From Eledone cirrhosa (lineage: Eukaryota), in the NCBI GenBank assembly GCA_964016885.1, contig OZ024764.1:16120001-16184000 (forward strand): a DNA stretch of 64,000 nt. Reading direction: 5' to 3'. The position numbers and the translations under genes were made by a program. Below are positions 26,110-39,099 of this stretch, piece after piece. The notes below the pieces were generated by a model. That model saw only the letters and a program-made list of their open reading frames with translations, was not told the DNA's origin and made no database searches. Positions within the stretch are counted from its first letter, which is position 1, and each line of letters begins with the position of its first letter.

Positions 26110-26466
26110 CTGTGTGTGTGTATCATTTCATCATCATCATTTTACGTCCCCTTTTCCCTGCTTGCAAGGGTGGGACGGGAACTGATTCTGGCTTGATTTC
26201 TACAGCTGGATGCCCTTCCTAACACCAACCTCATTTACAGTGTAGGCTGTGTGCTTTTTTGCCGTGGCACCTCCACGACCACTCTGCAGTGGAATGATAG
26301 GGACCCCAGTCCCTATCATCTCATTTCTACAGCTGAGTAAACTGGAGCAATGTGAAATAAAGTGTCTTGCTCAAGGAAATAACACATCACCCGGTCTGAG
26401 AATTGAACTCACAACCTTTCAATTGCTAGGCCAATGCTCTAACCACTAAGCCATGTGCCTCCATTG

Positions 26467-26514
<48 letters not shown>

Positions 26515-26517
<3 letters not shown>

Positions 26518-28133
26518 GAAGAGGCACCACTGATGCCCTCTTCCTTGTGAGGCAGTTACAGGAAAAGTACCTAGCTAAAAGTAAGCCACTCTACCTGGCA
26601 TTCGTCGATCTCGAGAAAGCCTTTGACAGAGTTCCACGTGCTGTAATCTGGTGGGCTCTTAGAAAACTAGGAGTAGATGAATGGCTTGTGAAAGCGGTAC
26701 AAGCCATGTATAGGGGAGCAGTCAGCAAAGTTAGGATTAGCAATGAGTATAGCGAGGAATTTAGCGTACAGGTTGGGGTCCACCAGGGCTCTGTTCTTAG
26801 CCCCCTCCTGTTCATCATTGTCCTGCAGGCAATAACGGAGGAATTTAAGACCGGATGCCCATGGGAACTCCTGTATGCTGATGACCTCGCACTTATAGCT
26901 GAATCTATGGTAGAACTAGAGAATAAATTCCAAACTTAGAAGCAGGGACTAGAAAGAAAGGGTCTCAAAGTCAACATGACAAAGACTAAGGTCCTTGTAA
27001 GTAGACGAGAAGACAGAACCCAGATCCCCTCAGGGAAATGGCCTTGCTCAGTATGTAGGAAAGGTGTAGGTAGGAACTCCATCCTCTGTCCCAAATGCAA
27101 ACAATGGGTACACAAGAGATTAGCGGGGTCTCAGGATGCTTAATTAAGAATGTAGGCTTCACATGCAGCAGCTGTGCTGGGACAGCAAGCAGCAAACAAC
27201 CACAGGAAACAAGTACCACCAATCTCTGGGAGGGCTCTGTAGAAACAGTAGACAGCTTCTGCTACCTAGGTGACTGAATTAGCAGCGGAAGTGGGTGTTC
27301 AGAAAGTACAATAACTAGAGTAAGAACGGGATGGAAGAAGTTTAGGGAACTACTGCCACTGCTAGCTGCAAAAGGCTTCTCCCTCAAAATGAAAGGCAGA
27401 CTGTATGATGCGTGTATCCGAACAGCGATGTTGCATGGTAGTGAGACCTGGGCGCTGAAGGTGGAAGACTAAGAAGATTAGAAAGAAATGAAGCCTGCAT
27501 GCTCCGATGGATGTGTAATAGTAATATACGCGAACGTCAAAGCATAAATGAATTGAGAGAGAGACTGAGCATAAGAGGAATCAAATGCTGCGTGCAGGTG
27601 AAGCGGTTGCGTTGGTATGGACATGTGATGCGTATGAAGGATGACAGCTGCATAAAAAGGTGCAGAGCACTAGAAGTCAATGGAAGCCGTGGAGTGGGGA
27701 GACCCAAGATGACCTGGGATGAGGTGATAAAAGCTGACCTTACCCAATTACACCTCTCAAAGACAATGACACACGACCGTGACTTCTGGCGTCACGCAGT
27801 AATACAGAGTACCCAAACTCCCATGGGTACAAGCTGAAGCATATAGACAATATGCCCCCACACCCCCACTGCAAGGTGGTCGTGGAGGTGCCACGGCAAA
27901 AAAGCACCCAGCCCACACTGTAGAGTGGACGTGTAGGCGCCACGAAAAAGCACCCAGCACTCACTGTAAATGAGGTTGGTGTTAGGAAGGGCATCCAGCT
28001 GTGGAAATCAAGCCAGAATCAGTTCCTGTATGAGCAAGGCATGGTCAGCCGACCAGACACTGCCCACAACAGGACAACCCGTCTAACCCATGCTAGCGTG
28101 GAAGAACGGACGTAAAACGGTGATGATGATGAT
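26515..28133 (+). mobile_element. 5'-truncated RTE-clade LINE (RT domain, C-terminus, 3'UTR, (GAT)n tail), disrupted
   Basis: AFVDLEKAFDRVPR, GVHQGSVLSPLLF, LLYADDL, MLRWMC, RLRWYGHVMR, GRPKMTW; stops and frameshifts; 5' end abuts a (TA)n tract. Confidence 0.92.
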
Positions 28134-29274
28134 ATATATAAATATATATGAAGCTGCATAAGCCGATTGCGCATTGTTGCATAATTTATGCAGACGGATG
28201 GTGCAGTGCACCTTATTGCTGCATTAGTGTGGCCAAACCTCGAGTCCGGGAACTATTATAGGCACCAGTTTTACATGTGTTGTATTGAAGTGAATAACTA
28301 TGTGTGTACTCTGGGAATGTATCTTACATTACCTATTGAGTACGCTGAGGTACAACTGGTCCTGGCATTGATAAATATGCTGGGTCCGACAACTCCTTAT
28401 TATATATATAGATAGGTTAACTTTGCCTTTCATCCTTACGGGGTCGATAAAATAAAGTACCAGTAATGTACTGGGTGATTGCTGGCCTTGTGTCAAAAGT
28501 AGAAACAATTATATATATAGAGAAGACCCGCCTTACGCCGCCTTACCTAAATACAAAGTAAAACCTACTACAGTCAGTAGGCATCTCTAACAAAATACCC
28601 CCCCCCCCTCCACACCGCCCCTTTCATTGTAAAGTTATGTTGGTGCCACAACATCCAGGCCGAAACAAATGAGGTCGTGTAGGTGTCACGACAAAAAACA
28701 CACAGTCCATGCTGTAATGTGGCCGTGTAGGTAACACGGTAAAAACCTCCCAGTCCCACACTGTAAATGTGGTTGGTGTTAGGAAGGGCATCCAGCCGTT
28801 GAAAACCCGCCAGACAGTCCTATGCGAGCAAGACAACCACTCTTGCCTCAAGTGGGAAAACTCCCGTCCAAACCCATGCAAGCGTGGAACATGGACGTTA
28901 AACGATGATGATGATGATATAGATAGATAGCTGGCCTTGTGCCAAAAGTAGAAACAATTATATATATATAGATAGATACACACACACTCACACACCTGGT
29001 TATTTTAGTAGCTCATCACAAATGCTGATTGATGCTTTTGTTACCATATTTCTCATGAAAAAACACCACCCATGATTTTAATTTTATTTTGAACTAAATC
29101 AAGTATTTCGTGGGATTTAGTAATATCACTTTCTCATTATTTAAGTTTATATTTCAAACATAACAAAGGTTCTTTGTAACAAGACTTTCAAATAAATATG
29201 TAGACTTTAAAGTAAATGTTGTTGTTGTATAACAAAAGGCAGTTTCAGGTGGTTTTCTGAATTTCTTTTCCCCT

Positions 29275-30195
29275 CATCAATATCCACGTTTTAAGATCCA
29301 CATCGAGAAGGCAAAGTGCAAAGTGAATGCAAGGAACAGCATCCGCAAGCTCACTGGCACAACATGGGGTGCAAACACGCAGTCTCTGAAGTCAATTGCA
29401 CTAGCTCCCTGCTACTCAGCTGCCGAGTATGGGTGCAAATTGTCCATGTCCAGAAGTTAGCTGCCGCCTCATCACAGGCTGCCCGAAATCTACACCTATG
29501 GGCCGTCTGCATGTCCTGGCAGGCATAGTTCCACCAGAGATACGACAAAGTGCAGCAAGCAAGAAAGAGCGTCAATAAGCGACTACAGATCAAAACCATC
29601 CTCTCTTCGGCTACGTGCCAGTCAAAAGCCGCCTTAAATCCAGAAAAAGTTTCCTAAAGACTGTCACACTCCTTGGAACATGAAGCATAAGTAGTGAAAG
29701 AGTCACTCGCTGGGAAGAAAAGCTTAACAACCTCCCAGCTGTAACAACAATGGAGCTAAAGGTGAGTGAGGCACTGCCCCCTGGAGCTAAAGGTGAGTGA
29801 GGCACTGCCCCCTGGAGCTAATGGTGAGTGAGGCACTTCCCCCTGGAGCTAATGGTGAGTGAGGCACTTCCCTCTGGAGCTAAAGGCGAGTGAGGCACTG
29901 CCCCCCTGGAGCAGATACAAACTATGCAGTGTGTAAATGCCTAAACAGACTAAGATCCGGTGTTGGACATGCAAAAGTCAATCTTGCAAAATGTGGATAT
30001 TTAAAGGATGGGGACATTGATTGCAACATTGAACCGCAGACTACACAGCACCTCCTGATATGCCCCCTGCTGGAACACCCCTGCACAGTATTGGGCTTGG
30101 CAGAGTTTAATGAGAAAGGGCAGCAGTGTGTTCAGCTGTGACAGAACCACATCTAGCCAAGCTTTGCAACTGACACTGTTGTGGACACAAGAAGA
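29275..30195 (+). mobile_element. Non-LTR retrotransposon 3' part (Ingi/Vingi-like) with ~30-bp tandem repeat x5 (29752-29912)
   Basis: CLNRLRSGVGHAK..PQTTQHLLICP; upstream decayed RKLTGTTWGA..CYSAAEY-type motifs. Confidence 0.72.
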
Positions 30196-30899
30196 AGGGC
30201 AATACAAAATACCCAGCAGTAAAATAACTACTACATAAAGGCTAAAAATTTGTACATTATTTGCAATTTTTATGTTTTATTAATAATAAAACAAAAATAA
30301 TATTCGGTTTAAATATATTTTATAACAACCCTAAAATATTTTCTCCTCAGTAAAGAACTAACTAACATCCATGAAAGAATTTTACACATATATATATCAT
30401 CTATCGACAATATGACACACGTACACCTCAGTATTGTTTAATAAAATGGAAGTTCTCTGATTATTAGTTTACAAATGTATTTTAGAGGTTCACGGGATTT
30501 AAAATAATGAATTTAGTTGTTTATTAGTTTGTCGGTTCTTTCATCACACAGTCTGCGACCTCCTCAATGACTTTTGTTCTCTTTTGTGCCTCCCCTTCTT
30601 TCTGGTCTTAATGAAAAAGACAAGATGGAGTAGTAGATTAAGACCTGAAAGAAGAGGAGGCACAAAAAAAAGAACAAAATTGAGGAGGTCACAGAATGTG
30701 TGGCGAAAGAACTTTGATGAACCAATGAACAAGTAGTAATAAAGGTAGAGTGAAAATCATACGGTGCTTGTTTCATTTTATAGGCTATATGACCAACCCT
30801 GAATATAACAATATCGGTTTCAACACATGATCTCACATGAATTTTGCAAAACAAATAAACGTATATATCCCCCCCCCCCATATATATATATATATATAT

Positions 30900-31712
30900 G
30901 CTGCCTCTGCTGACGGAGAAGGGTTTCTCCCTGCGTACGAAAGGCCGGTTATATGATGCTGCATAGTAGTGATACATGGGCAGCAACTGCAGAGGATATG
31001 CGACGGCTGGAGAGAAATGAGGCAAGCATGCTCCGTTGGATGTGCAGTGTAAATGTGCGTGAACGACCCAGTATAAATGTGTTGGGAGAGAAACTGTGTC
31101 TGAGAGGGATAGAATGTAGTGTACGGGAGAGGAGACTGAGGTGGTATGGACATGTGATGTGGTGAGAGAGAAACTGTGTCTGAGAGGGATAGAATGTAGT
31201 GTACGGGAGAGGAGACTGAGGTGGTATGGACATGTGATGTGGTGAGAGAGAAACTGTGTCTGAGAGGGATAGAATGTAGTGTACGGGAGAGGAGACTGAG
31301 GTGGTATGGACATGTGATGTGGTGAGAGAGAAACTGTGTCTGAGAGGGATAGAATGTAGTGTACGGGAGAGGAGACTGAGGTGGTATGGACATGTGATGT
31401 GGTGAGAGAGAAACTGTGTCTGAGAGGGATAGAATGTAGTGTACGGGAGAGGAGACTGAGGTGGTATGGACATGTGATGCGCATGGAGGATGACCGATGG
31501 GTGAAGAAGTGCCAGGAATTGCCAGTTGAAGGAAGACGTGGTAGAGGTAGACCACGAAAAACATGGGCGGAGGTGGTGAGAACAGACCTCAGATCATTGA
31601 AGCTCACGGTGGAGATGACGAAGGACCGTGACGAGTGGAGAGATGCTGTACTTAATAGGACCCATCCCACCCTTGCAAGTAGGGAAGAGCGGACGTAAAA
31701 TGATGATGATGA
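30900..31712 (+). mobile_element. RTE LINE 3' fragment containing an 80-bp tandem array (31083-31478, 5 copies)
   Basis: LERNEASMLRWMC..RLRWYGHVMRMEDDRWVKKC..GRPRKTW; (GAT)n tail. Confidence 0.87.
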
Positions 31713-32647
31713 TATATATGTAGGAAAAGAGTCAGGACCCCGACAGCTGAGCTCCGGCTGTTTCAACAGCTAGATCCGAACTTAGAGTTCGGATCCAACT
31801 GTCGGGGTCCTGACTCCTTTCCGTTATCCACTCGACTACCCTAAGTATTGAGTACTCTGGTGCATTATGGCACACCTGGTATCTTACCACACCCTCTTTG
31901 TTTTATATATATATACATACATACATACATACACCTTGTATATATATATTCATAAGTCACACTGTTTCCCATAAAAAATATGACATGGAAAGTCAGCATA
32001 TGACTGATGTACTGGTCCTACAAAAGCTCAATTCACAATATATGGTACCTAGTAAATGTTGTCTGTAAAATGGGGGTGTGACATATCTACTGCTGTGGCT
32101 TGCCCCTTTTATGACAGGTTTTAATTTAACCCTTTAGCATTTACATTACTCTATATATTCTATTGTATTTTCGCGGTAATGGCTTTATCATCTCACATAA
32201 TATCAAATCTATGAGATTTTGATGTTATTTATTTTGAGAACAATACCTTAACATCAGTATGAGTGACCAGTTAAGCCCCAGTTCGAACAGAAAGAGGTGA
32301 GAGAATTCTGGCCAGATATGGCCGGTTAAAAGGTTAAATGTGAACCCTACAACAGGAGATGGGATGGTTGGAATCAAATAGATTTTTTATTGAACTATGA
32401 ACAATCAAGAATATATGAGTGAATCTTGTGAGAGCGAGTGAGGTTTTGTAGCAGCTATGCGGTCCTTAATAAAAATCCATTGGCTAGCTACCAAGGGCTA
32501 TTTTTTATTATTATTTTTTTTTAATTTTATATATGTAAACTTTGTTTATCACCTTTAAAACCTGTTGTTTTTATATCTTTTAAAAATAAATTTAAATATT
32601 TCAATAATCATTTTTATAATTCATAAATACCTACTTAATATGTATAC

Positions 32648-32697
<50 letters not shown>

Positions 32698-32730
32698 ACA
32701 TATATTTATGTATGTATATATATGTGTGTG

Positions 32731-32761
<31 letters not shown>

Positions 32762-32979
32762 GTATACATATATTTATGTATGTATATATATGTGTGTGTA
32801 TATATATATATATATATATGTGTGCATATATACATATATTTATGTATATATGTGTGTATATATACATATATTTATGTATATGTATATATGTGTGTATATA
32901 TACATATATTTATGTATGTATATATATGTGTGTGTGTATATATACATATATTTATGTATATATATATATATACACACAT

Positions 32980-33096
32980 AGGGTGGCCTAAAAGTCACTA
33001 GACCATTTTAAAATATAATAAATCCTTTTATCTAATATTCACATATATTATCAAAATTAATTGTAAAAAATGGTCTAGTGGCTTCTGGTTCACCCT
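32980..33096. mobile_element. Short Tc1-like MITE
   Basis: AGGGTGGCCTAAAAGTCACTAGACCATTTT / AAAATGGTCTAGTGGCTTCTGGTTCACCCT inverted termini. Confidence 0.55.
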
Positions 33097-33126
33097 CCCT
33101 CTCCCTATATATATGCATACACACAC

Positions 33127-33170
<44 letters not shown>

Positions 33171-33185
33171 ATAACTATATATACA

Positions 33186-33217
<32 letters not shown>

Positions 33218-33633
33218 GTAAAAAATTATTGTATTGCTAAAATATATAGATTTATATTTTTATACAAAATATTTATAACAAATATAATATGAGAATTTTT
33301 ATCATTTTTTTAGACACTTACGTCGTCTGCCACTTTCTTGCGGGTGGCAATAAAGTTAAATTCAACAACAACAACATTTAAACAAAATAACAATACATGG
33401 AAAATATAAATCACCAAAAACAACCCCAATTCCAAACAAAACAAGGCAGAAAACAGGGCTGCCTCTGTTTCTTGAAGGCTTTGGATTATACAGTGTGGCT
33501 TCTACTGACAAATTGGGAGAAGAAACTGCTGATAATGATTATTTCATCCATTGTATTCCTTTTCTTTGATATTTTAGAGACTCTGACCCCAGTTTTGTGG
33601 AAATAGGTGATTTCAGAATGATTGTTCATTTTT

Positions 33634-33711
<78 letters not shown>

Positions 33712-33892
33712 AATGAAGTAATTCCATCGGAAAAGTCCAGGAAAAAAGAGTGCTCTATGTAGGTAACAGAGCTTAATAGTTATGTAATAAACAACATAAG
33801 GCAATTATTCCATTTACCAGTGGTTTCTTAAAAGCAAATGCTTTTAAGAAACCACTGGTAAATGGAATAATTGCCTTATGTTGTTTATTACA

Positions 33893-33942
<50 letters not shown>

Positions 33943-34045
33943 GTGTGTGTGTGTGTATGTAAAAGGTAAACAGAAATAACAACACAATCGGTACAGTATA
34001 CGGAATGAATATATTAGGTTAACGCTTGATATAGAAGGAAGAGGG

Positions 34046-34085
34046 TCTTAAAGTTTCGGACGCCAGTCCTTCATCAGAAGAAAGA
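34046..34085 (-). ncRNA. Minimal hammerhead-like motif
   Basis: Minus strand CTT-CTGATGA-A-GGAC TGGC GTCC-GAAAC-TTTA-AG; stems I and III are weak. Confidence 0.45.
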
Positions 34086-34278
34086 ATGAGAAATAAGATA
34101 TATTGAAGGGACAGGCGGGTTGGAATTGGAAAAAAATGTCTTTAGATAAAAATAACAGGTCCATTCATGTTGACATCTCTTGCAAAAATGTTGGTGTTGT
34201 GTGTATGTGATCCACTTTTTAGAAAAGTGGATGATGGAGCGCGTCTACCTGAAATGGGGGGAAAAAACCCGCTATACT

Positions 34279-34328
<50 letters not shown>

Positions 34329-34334
34329 TATGTG

Positions 34335-34372
<38 letters not shown>

Positions 34373-34389
34373 TACATACACATATATAC

Positions 34390-34579
34390 ACAGGTAAAAT
34401 TCTGTTATAACAAATACCATTATCATGAATTTTTTAGTATAACAAAATTTTTTTCAATCGCCAAGGTAACAATAAACAAACGCTCAATTTGTTTCGGTCG
34501 ATCTCGTTATAAAGAATTTTTCGTTACAACGAATTTTTTTTATACCCCGTGAATTTCGTTATAACGGAATTTCACTGTG
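34390..34579. mobile_element. Tigger/pogo-like MITE
   Basis: TIRs CAGGTAAAATTCTGTTATAAC / GTTATAACGGAATTTCACTG. Confidence 0.6.
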
Positions 34580-35052
34580 TACCATATATGCCAGCGTACA
34601 AGGCGATCAAACGCACAGATCAACCCCTAATATTTTGAGGTGTAATTCAGGTTTAGGCCTATATTCGCTGGATAAGACGATCCCCTTCAAAAATAAGGCA
34701 GTTGCGGGGGAAATAATTAAGAGTTTAGTGGCGCGCTAAAGGCTAAGACACTTCTTCTAAAACACTTCAGTTGCAAGTGAGTCCTGACTCATTGTGTCAT
34801 ACACCAAGAAGAAGACTTTGGAGAAGAGTATCTAGACTGAGATGTGTATGGAAGAAGTTTCAGGAACTGAGTGGTGTATTAATGAGGGAGGGAAGTGAAG
34901 GAGAAGATTATACTGACTGTGAGATGTCAGCATTTCTAGGGTGTGAGGCATGGGGGATGAAGTTTGAAAATGCTCTGGTGAATGAGTGGAAAATTACTGA
35001 GAGAGCCATAAACAAAAAATTACAGAGGATGGTGGGAATAGAGACAAGATGT

Positions 35053-36960
35053 GAGATGGCTGGGGCATGTGTTGAGGAAGGATGGAAGTGACTGGGTGAG
35101 AGGGGAGATAGATGGAACGAGATGGCTTGGTCATGTGGTGAGGAAGGATGGAAGTGACTGGGTGAGAGGGGAGATAGATGGAACGAGATGGCTTGGTCAT
35201 GTGTTGAGGAAGGATGGAAGTGACTGGGTGAGAGGGGAGATAGATGGAACGAGATGGCTTGGTCATGTGTTGAGGAAGGATGGAAGTGACTGGGTGAGAG
35301 AGGAGATAGATGGAACGAGATGGCTTGGTCATGTGTTGAGGAAGGATGGAAGTGACTGGGTGAGAGGGGAGATAGATGGAACGAGATGGCTTGGGCATGT
35401 GTTGAGGAAGGATAGAAGTGACTGGGTGAGAGGGGAGATAGATGGAATGAGATGGCTTGGTCATGTGTTGAGGAAGGATGGAAGTGACTGGGTGAGAGAG
35501 GAGATAGATGGAATGAGATGGCTTGGTCATGTGTTGAGGAAGGATGGAAGTGACTGGGTGAGAGGGGAGATAGATGGAACGAGATGGCTTGGTCATGTGT
35601 TGAGGAAGGATGGAAGTGACTGGGTGAGAGGGGAGATAGATGGAACGAGATGGCTTGGTCATGTGTTGAGGAAGGATGGAAGGGACTGGGTGAGAGGGGG
35701 GATAGATGGAACGAGATGGCTTGGTCATGTGTTGAGGAAGGATGGAAGGGACTGGGTGAGAGGGGGGATAGATGGAACGAGATGGCTTGGTCATGTGTTG
35801 AGGAAGGATGGAAGTGACTGGGTGAGAGGGGAGATAGATGGAATGAGATGGCTTGGTCATGTGGTGAGGAAGGATGGAAGTGACTGAGTGAGAGGGGAGA
35901 TAGATGGAATGAGATGGCTGGGGCATGTGTTGAGGAAGGATGGAAGTGACTGGGTGAGAGGGGAGATAGATGGAATGAGATGGCTTGGTCATGTGTTGAG
36001 GAAGGATGGAAGTGACTGGGTGAGAGGGGAGATAGATGGAATGAGATGGCTTGGTCATGTGTTGAGGAAGGATGGAAGTGACTGGGTGAGAGGGGAGATA
36101 GATGGAATGAGATGGCTTGGGCATGTGTTGAGGAAGGATGGAAGTGACTGGGTGAGAGGGGAGATAGATGGAATGAGATGGCTTGGTCATGTGTTGAGGA
36201 AGGATGGAAGTGACTGGGTGAGAGGGGAGATAGATGGAATGAGATGGCTTGGTCATGTGTTGAGGAAGGATGGAAGTGACTGGGTGAGAGGGGAGATAGA
36301 TGGAATGAGATGGCTTGGTCATGTGTTGAGGAAGGATGGAAGGGACTGGGTGAGAGGGGGGATAGATGGAATGAGATGGCTGGGGCATGTGTTGAGGAAG
36401 GATGGAAGTGACTGGGTGAGAGAGGAGATAGATGGAACGAGATGGCTTGGTCATGTGTTGAGGAAGGATGGAAGTGACTGGGTGAGAGGGGGGATAGATG
36501 GAATGAGATGGCTTGGTCATGTGGTGAGGAAGGATGGAAGTGACTGGGTGAGAGGGGAGATAGATGGAATGAGATGGCTGGGGCATGTGTTGAGGAAGGA
36601 TGGAAGGGACTGGGTGAGAGAGGAGATAGATGGCATGAGATGGCTTGGTCATGTGTTGAGGAAGGATGGAAGTGACTGGGTGAGAGAGGAGATAGATGGA
36701 ACGAGATGGCTTGGTCATGTGTTGAGGAAGGATGGAAGTGACTGGGTGAGAGGGGAGATAGATGGAACGAGATGGCTTGGTCATGTGTTGAGGAAGGATG
36801 GAAGGGACTGGGTGAGAGGGGGGATAGATGGAACGAGATGGCTTGGTCATGTGTTGAGGAAGGATGGAAGTGACTGGGTGAGAGGGGAGATAGATGGAAC
36901 GAGATGGCTTGGTCATGTGTTGAGGAAGGATGGAAGTGACGGTGAGAGGATAGATGGAAT
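35053..36960 (+). repeat. 66-bp minisatellite, ~29 copies, from an RTE-like coding segment
   Basis: Unit encodes RWLGHVLRKDGSDWVRGEIDG(T/M); preceded by decayed RTE sequence (WKKFQELSGVL) from about 34830. Confidence 0.93.
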
Positions 36961-37023
36961 GGAGCCAGTGATGAATGTTGTGAAGATAAATACACATACA
37001 TACATAAATATATTTGTGTGTGT

Positions 37024-37087
<64 letters not shown>

Positions 37088-37366
37088 GTGAGGTTTTTTT
37101 ACAAAATGAAAAAAAAAACGAGGTGTCCTACACGAGTGAAAGTATAAGGAAAAAAGATGAAATCGAAAATGCAACTGGAGTCTTTTTTTTTTAAAACTAT
37201 ACATTTATTTGGTTCCTTTACCGGTTTCACAGTTCTTCTGCTTTTCAAAAGTAGAATTGAGATGGAGGGTCTGTAGTTTTTCTCACATCAGATGTGAGAA
37301 AAACCACAAACCCTCCATCTCAATTCTTAAAAAGACTCCAGTTGCATTTACAATTTCATCTTTTTT

Positions 37367-37430
<64 letters not shown>

Positions 37431-37535
37431 TCCTGTGAACTTGATATATATTTCTTGTTACATTGGTTTATATAGATAGTTGAATAGAAAGACTGACAGA
37501 TGTATAGGTGTATATCGAGTAGATATATGTGTATG

Positions 37536-37577
<42 letters not shown>

Positions 37578-39099
37578 TTTTATTAGTACAGATTAAAGTT
37601 TAAACAAAGAATTGCTGCTTACACTCTATTATGGGATTTTCTGAAGATCCTGTAATCATATATATATGATACATATTAATTAAAAAATAGAGCAAGAAGC
37701 CAGGACTATCCCTCATCATTACTTTCCCCTGCTGTTGTTGGAAAATTTCTGTGCACGGAGGCAGTCAGAACGTCTGCTGTGTTCCTTCCTACAAGCCACG
37801 GCCTCGTAGTCTCTGTGGCAGCTCTTTATTTGACGTCTTATCAGAATTTTGATGCCCTACACGAATCATCATAATGCAGGGTACCCTTTTCCAATATTCA
37901 GGTGGTTTCCACTTGTCCATTTCAGTTAATTTTGACATCTTTAAAACTGTAGTGATTAGGTTTCACAATGCTGTTCACTTTTCACAGATACAAGGGAATA
38001 TCAGGAACAAAACAAAAAAAGGAGAAAAAAGAGGCTATCAGATTTATTCCAAACACTGTATATGTACATCAAGACTCATCTTTTTCCATTTTTTAGAGGG
38101 TTCTAAACCCCCACTATCAGGCTAAAAAATTTTAAGTAAAAAAAAAATACGATGAAAGCTTTTATTTCTAATTTCAAACTAGCTATTGATCAGCTCAAGG
38201 TTTGATCTGTATTGATCTGGCCTGACTCTGTCATTACTACAGCAGAGGTCCGACGAGCTTTTGATTCCAGAGTCGGGCCAGATTGATACAGATCAAACCT
38301 TGAGCTGATCAATAGTGAAATGCGCGTCACCAATCAAACATAACGAGGGCTTAACAAATCGTCCTTGTATTATTATATTAGACTCAGGGCAGTGGATTGG
38401 CAGTATCGGTAGAGGGTCGGACACCATGCTTTGACGCATAGAGTTACGGCCCTTGCCATTCTGAGTTCAAATCCCGCTGAGGTTAACTTTGCCTTTCATC
38501 CTTACAGAGTTGATAAAATAAAGTACCAGTAATACACTGGGATAATTGCTGGCCTTGTACCAAAAGTAGAAAATTATTATATTACACTCTGTCTAGCTCT
38601 ACACCTCACCATTGACGTGAACCTAAACATCGAGTGCTCACCTGGGTGAACCTACAGTAACTTCACGTTACACTCCCTGGATATATATGTGTGTGTATAT
38701 AATAAATGTAGTTTACTTGAAGCATTGTATCTAATATATAATGTGGAAAGTGATATATGGTTAAACAATGGAAAATGGATGGCAACAAAAAACATAAACA
38801 AACAAAGATTACCAGGTAACTTTTTCCTTGCCTTCATCTTAAAGTCCATTTTGCATTGTTTAGCCTTCTATCTCCACATTATCTAAATATATAATTTAGG
38901 AAATTAAGTAATTTTGTTGGTTTCTGGTGGTGGAAGCAGTGTGTGCACTCATTGCCAATATTTAGACAGTGATTCCAAAGAAAGTGTATTCTTCTTGTAG
39001 TGGTTTTGTATTGCATGTTTCTATATGGTCAATGTTTTCGTAGTTGTGTAGTCTCTTTCTTCACCTCATTTACTTATGTTTTAGTTTGGGTGAGCAGGT

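Noticed and set aside
33314-33360. Minus-strand exon ending at gtaagt (nested antisense gene)
   Set aside because: No matching acceptor or further exons found.
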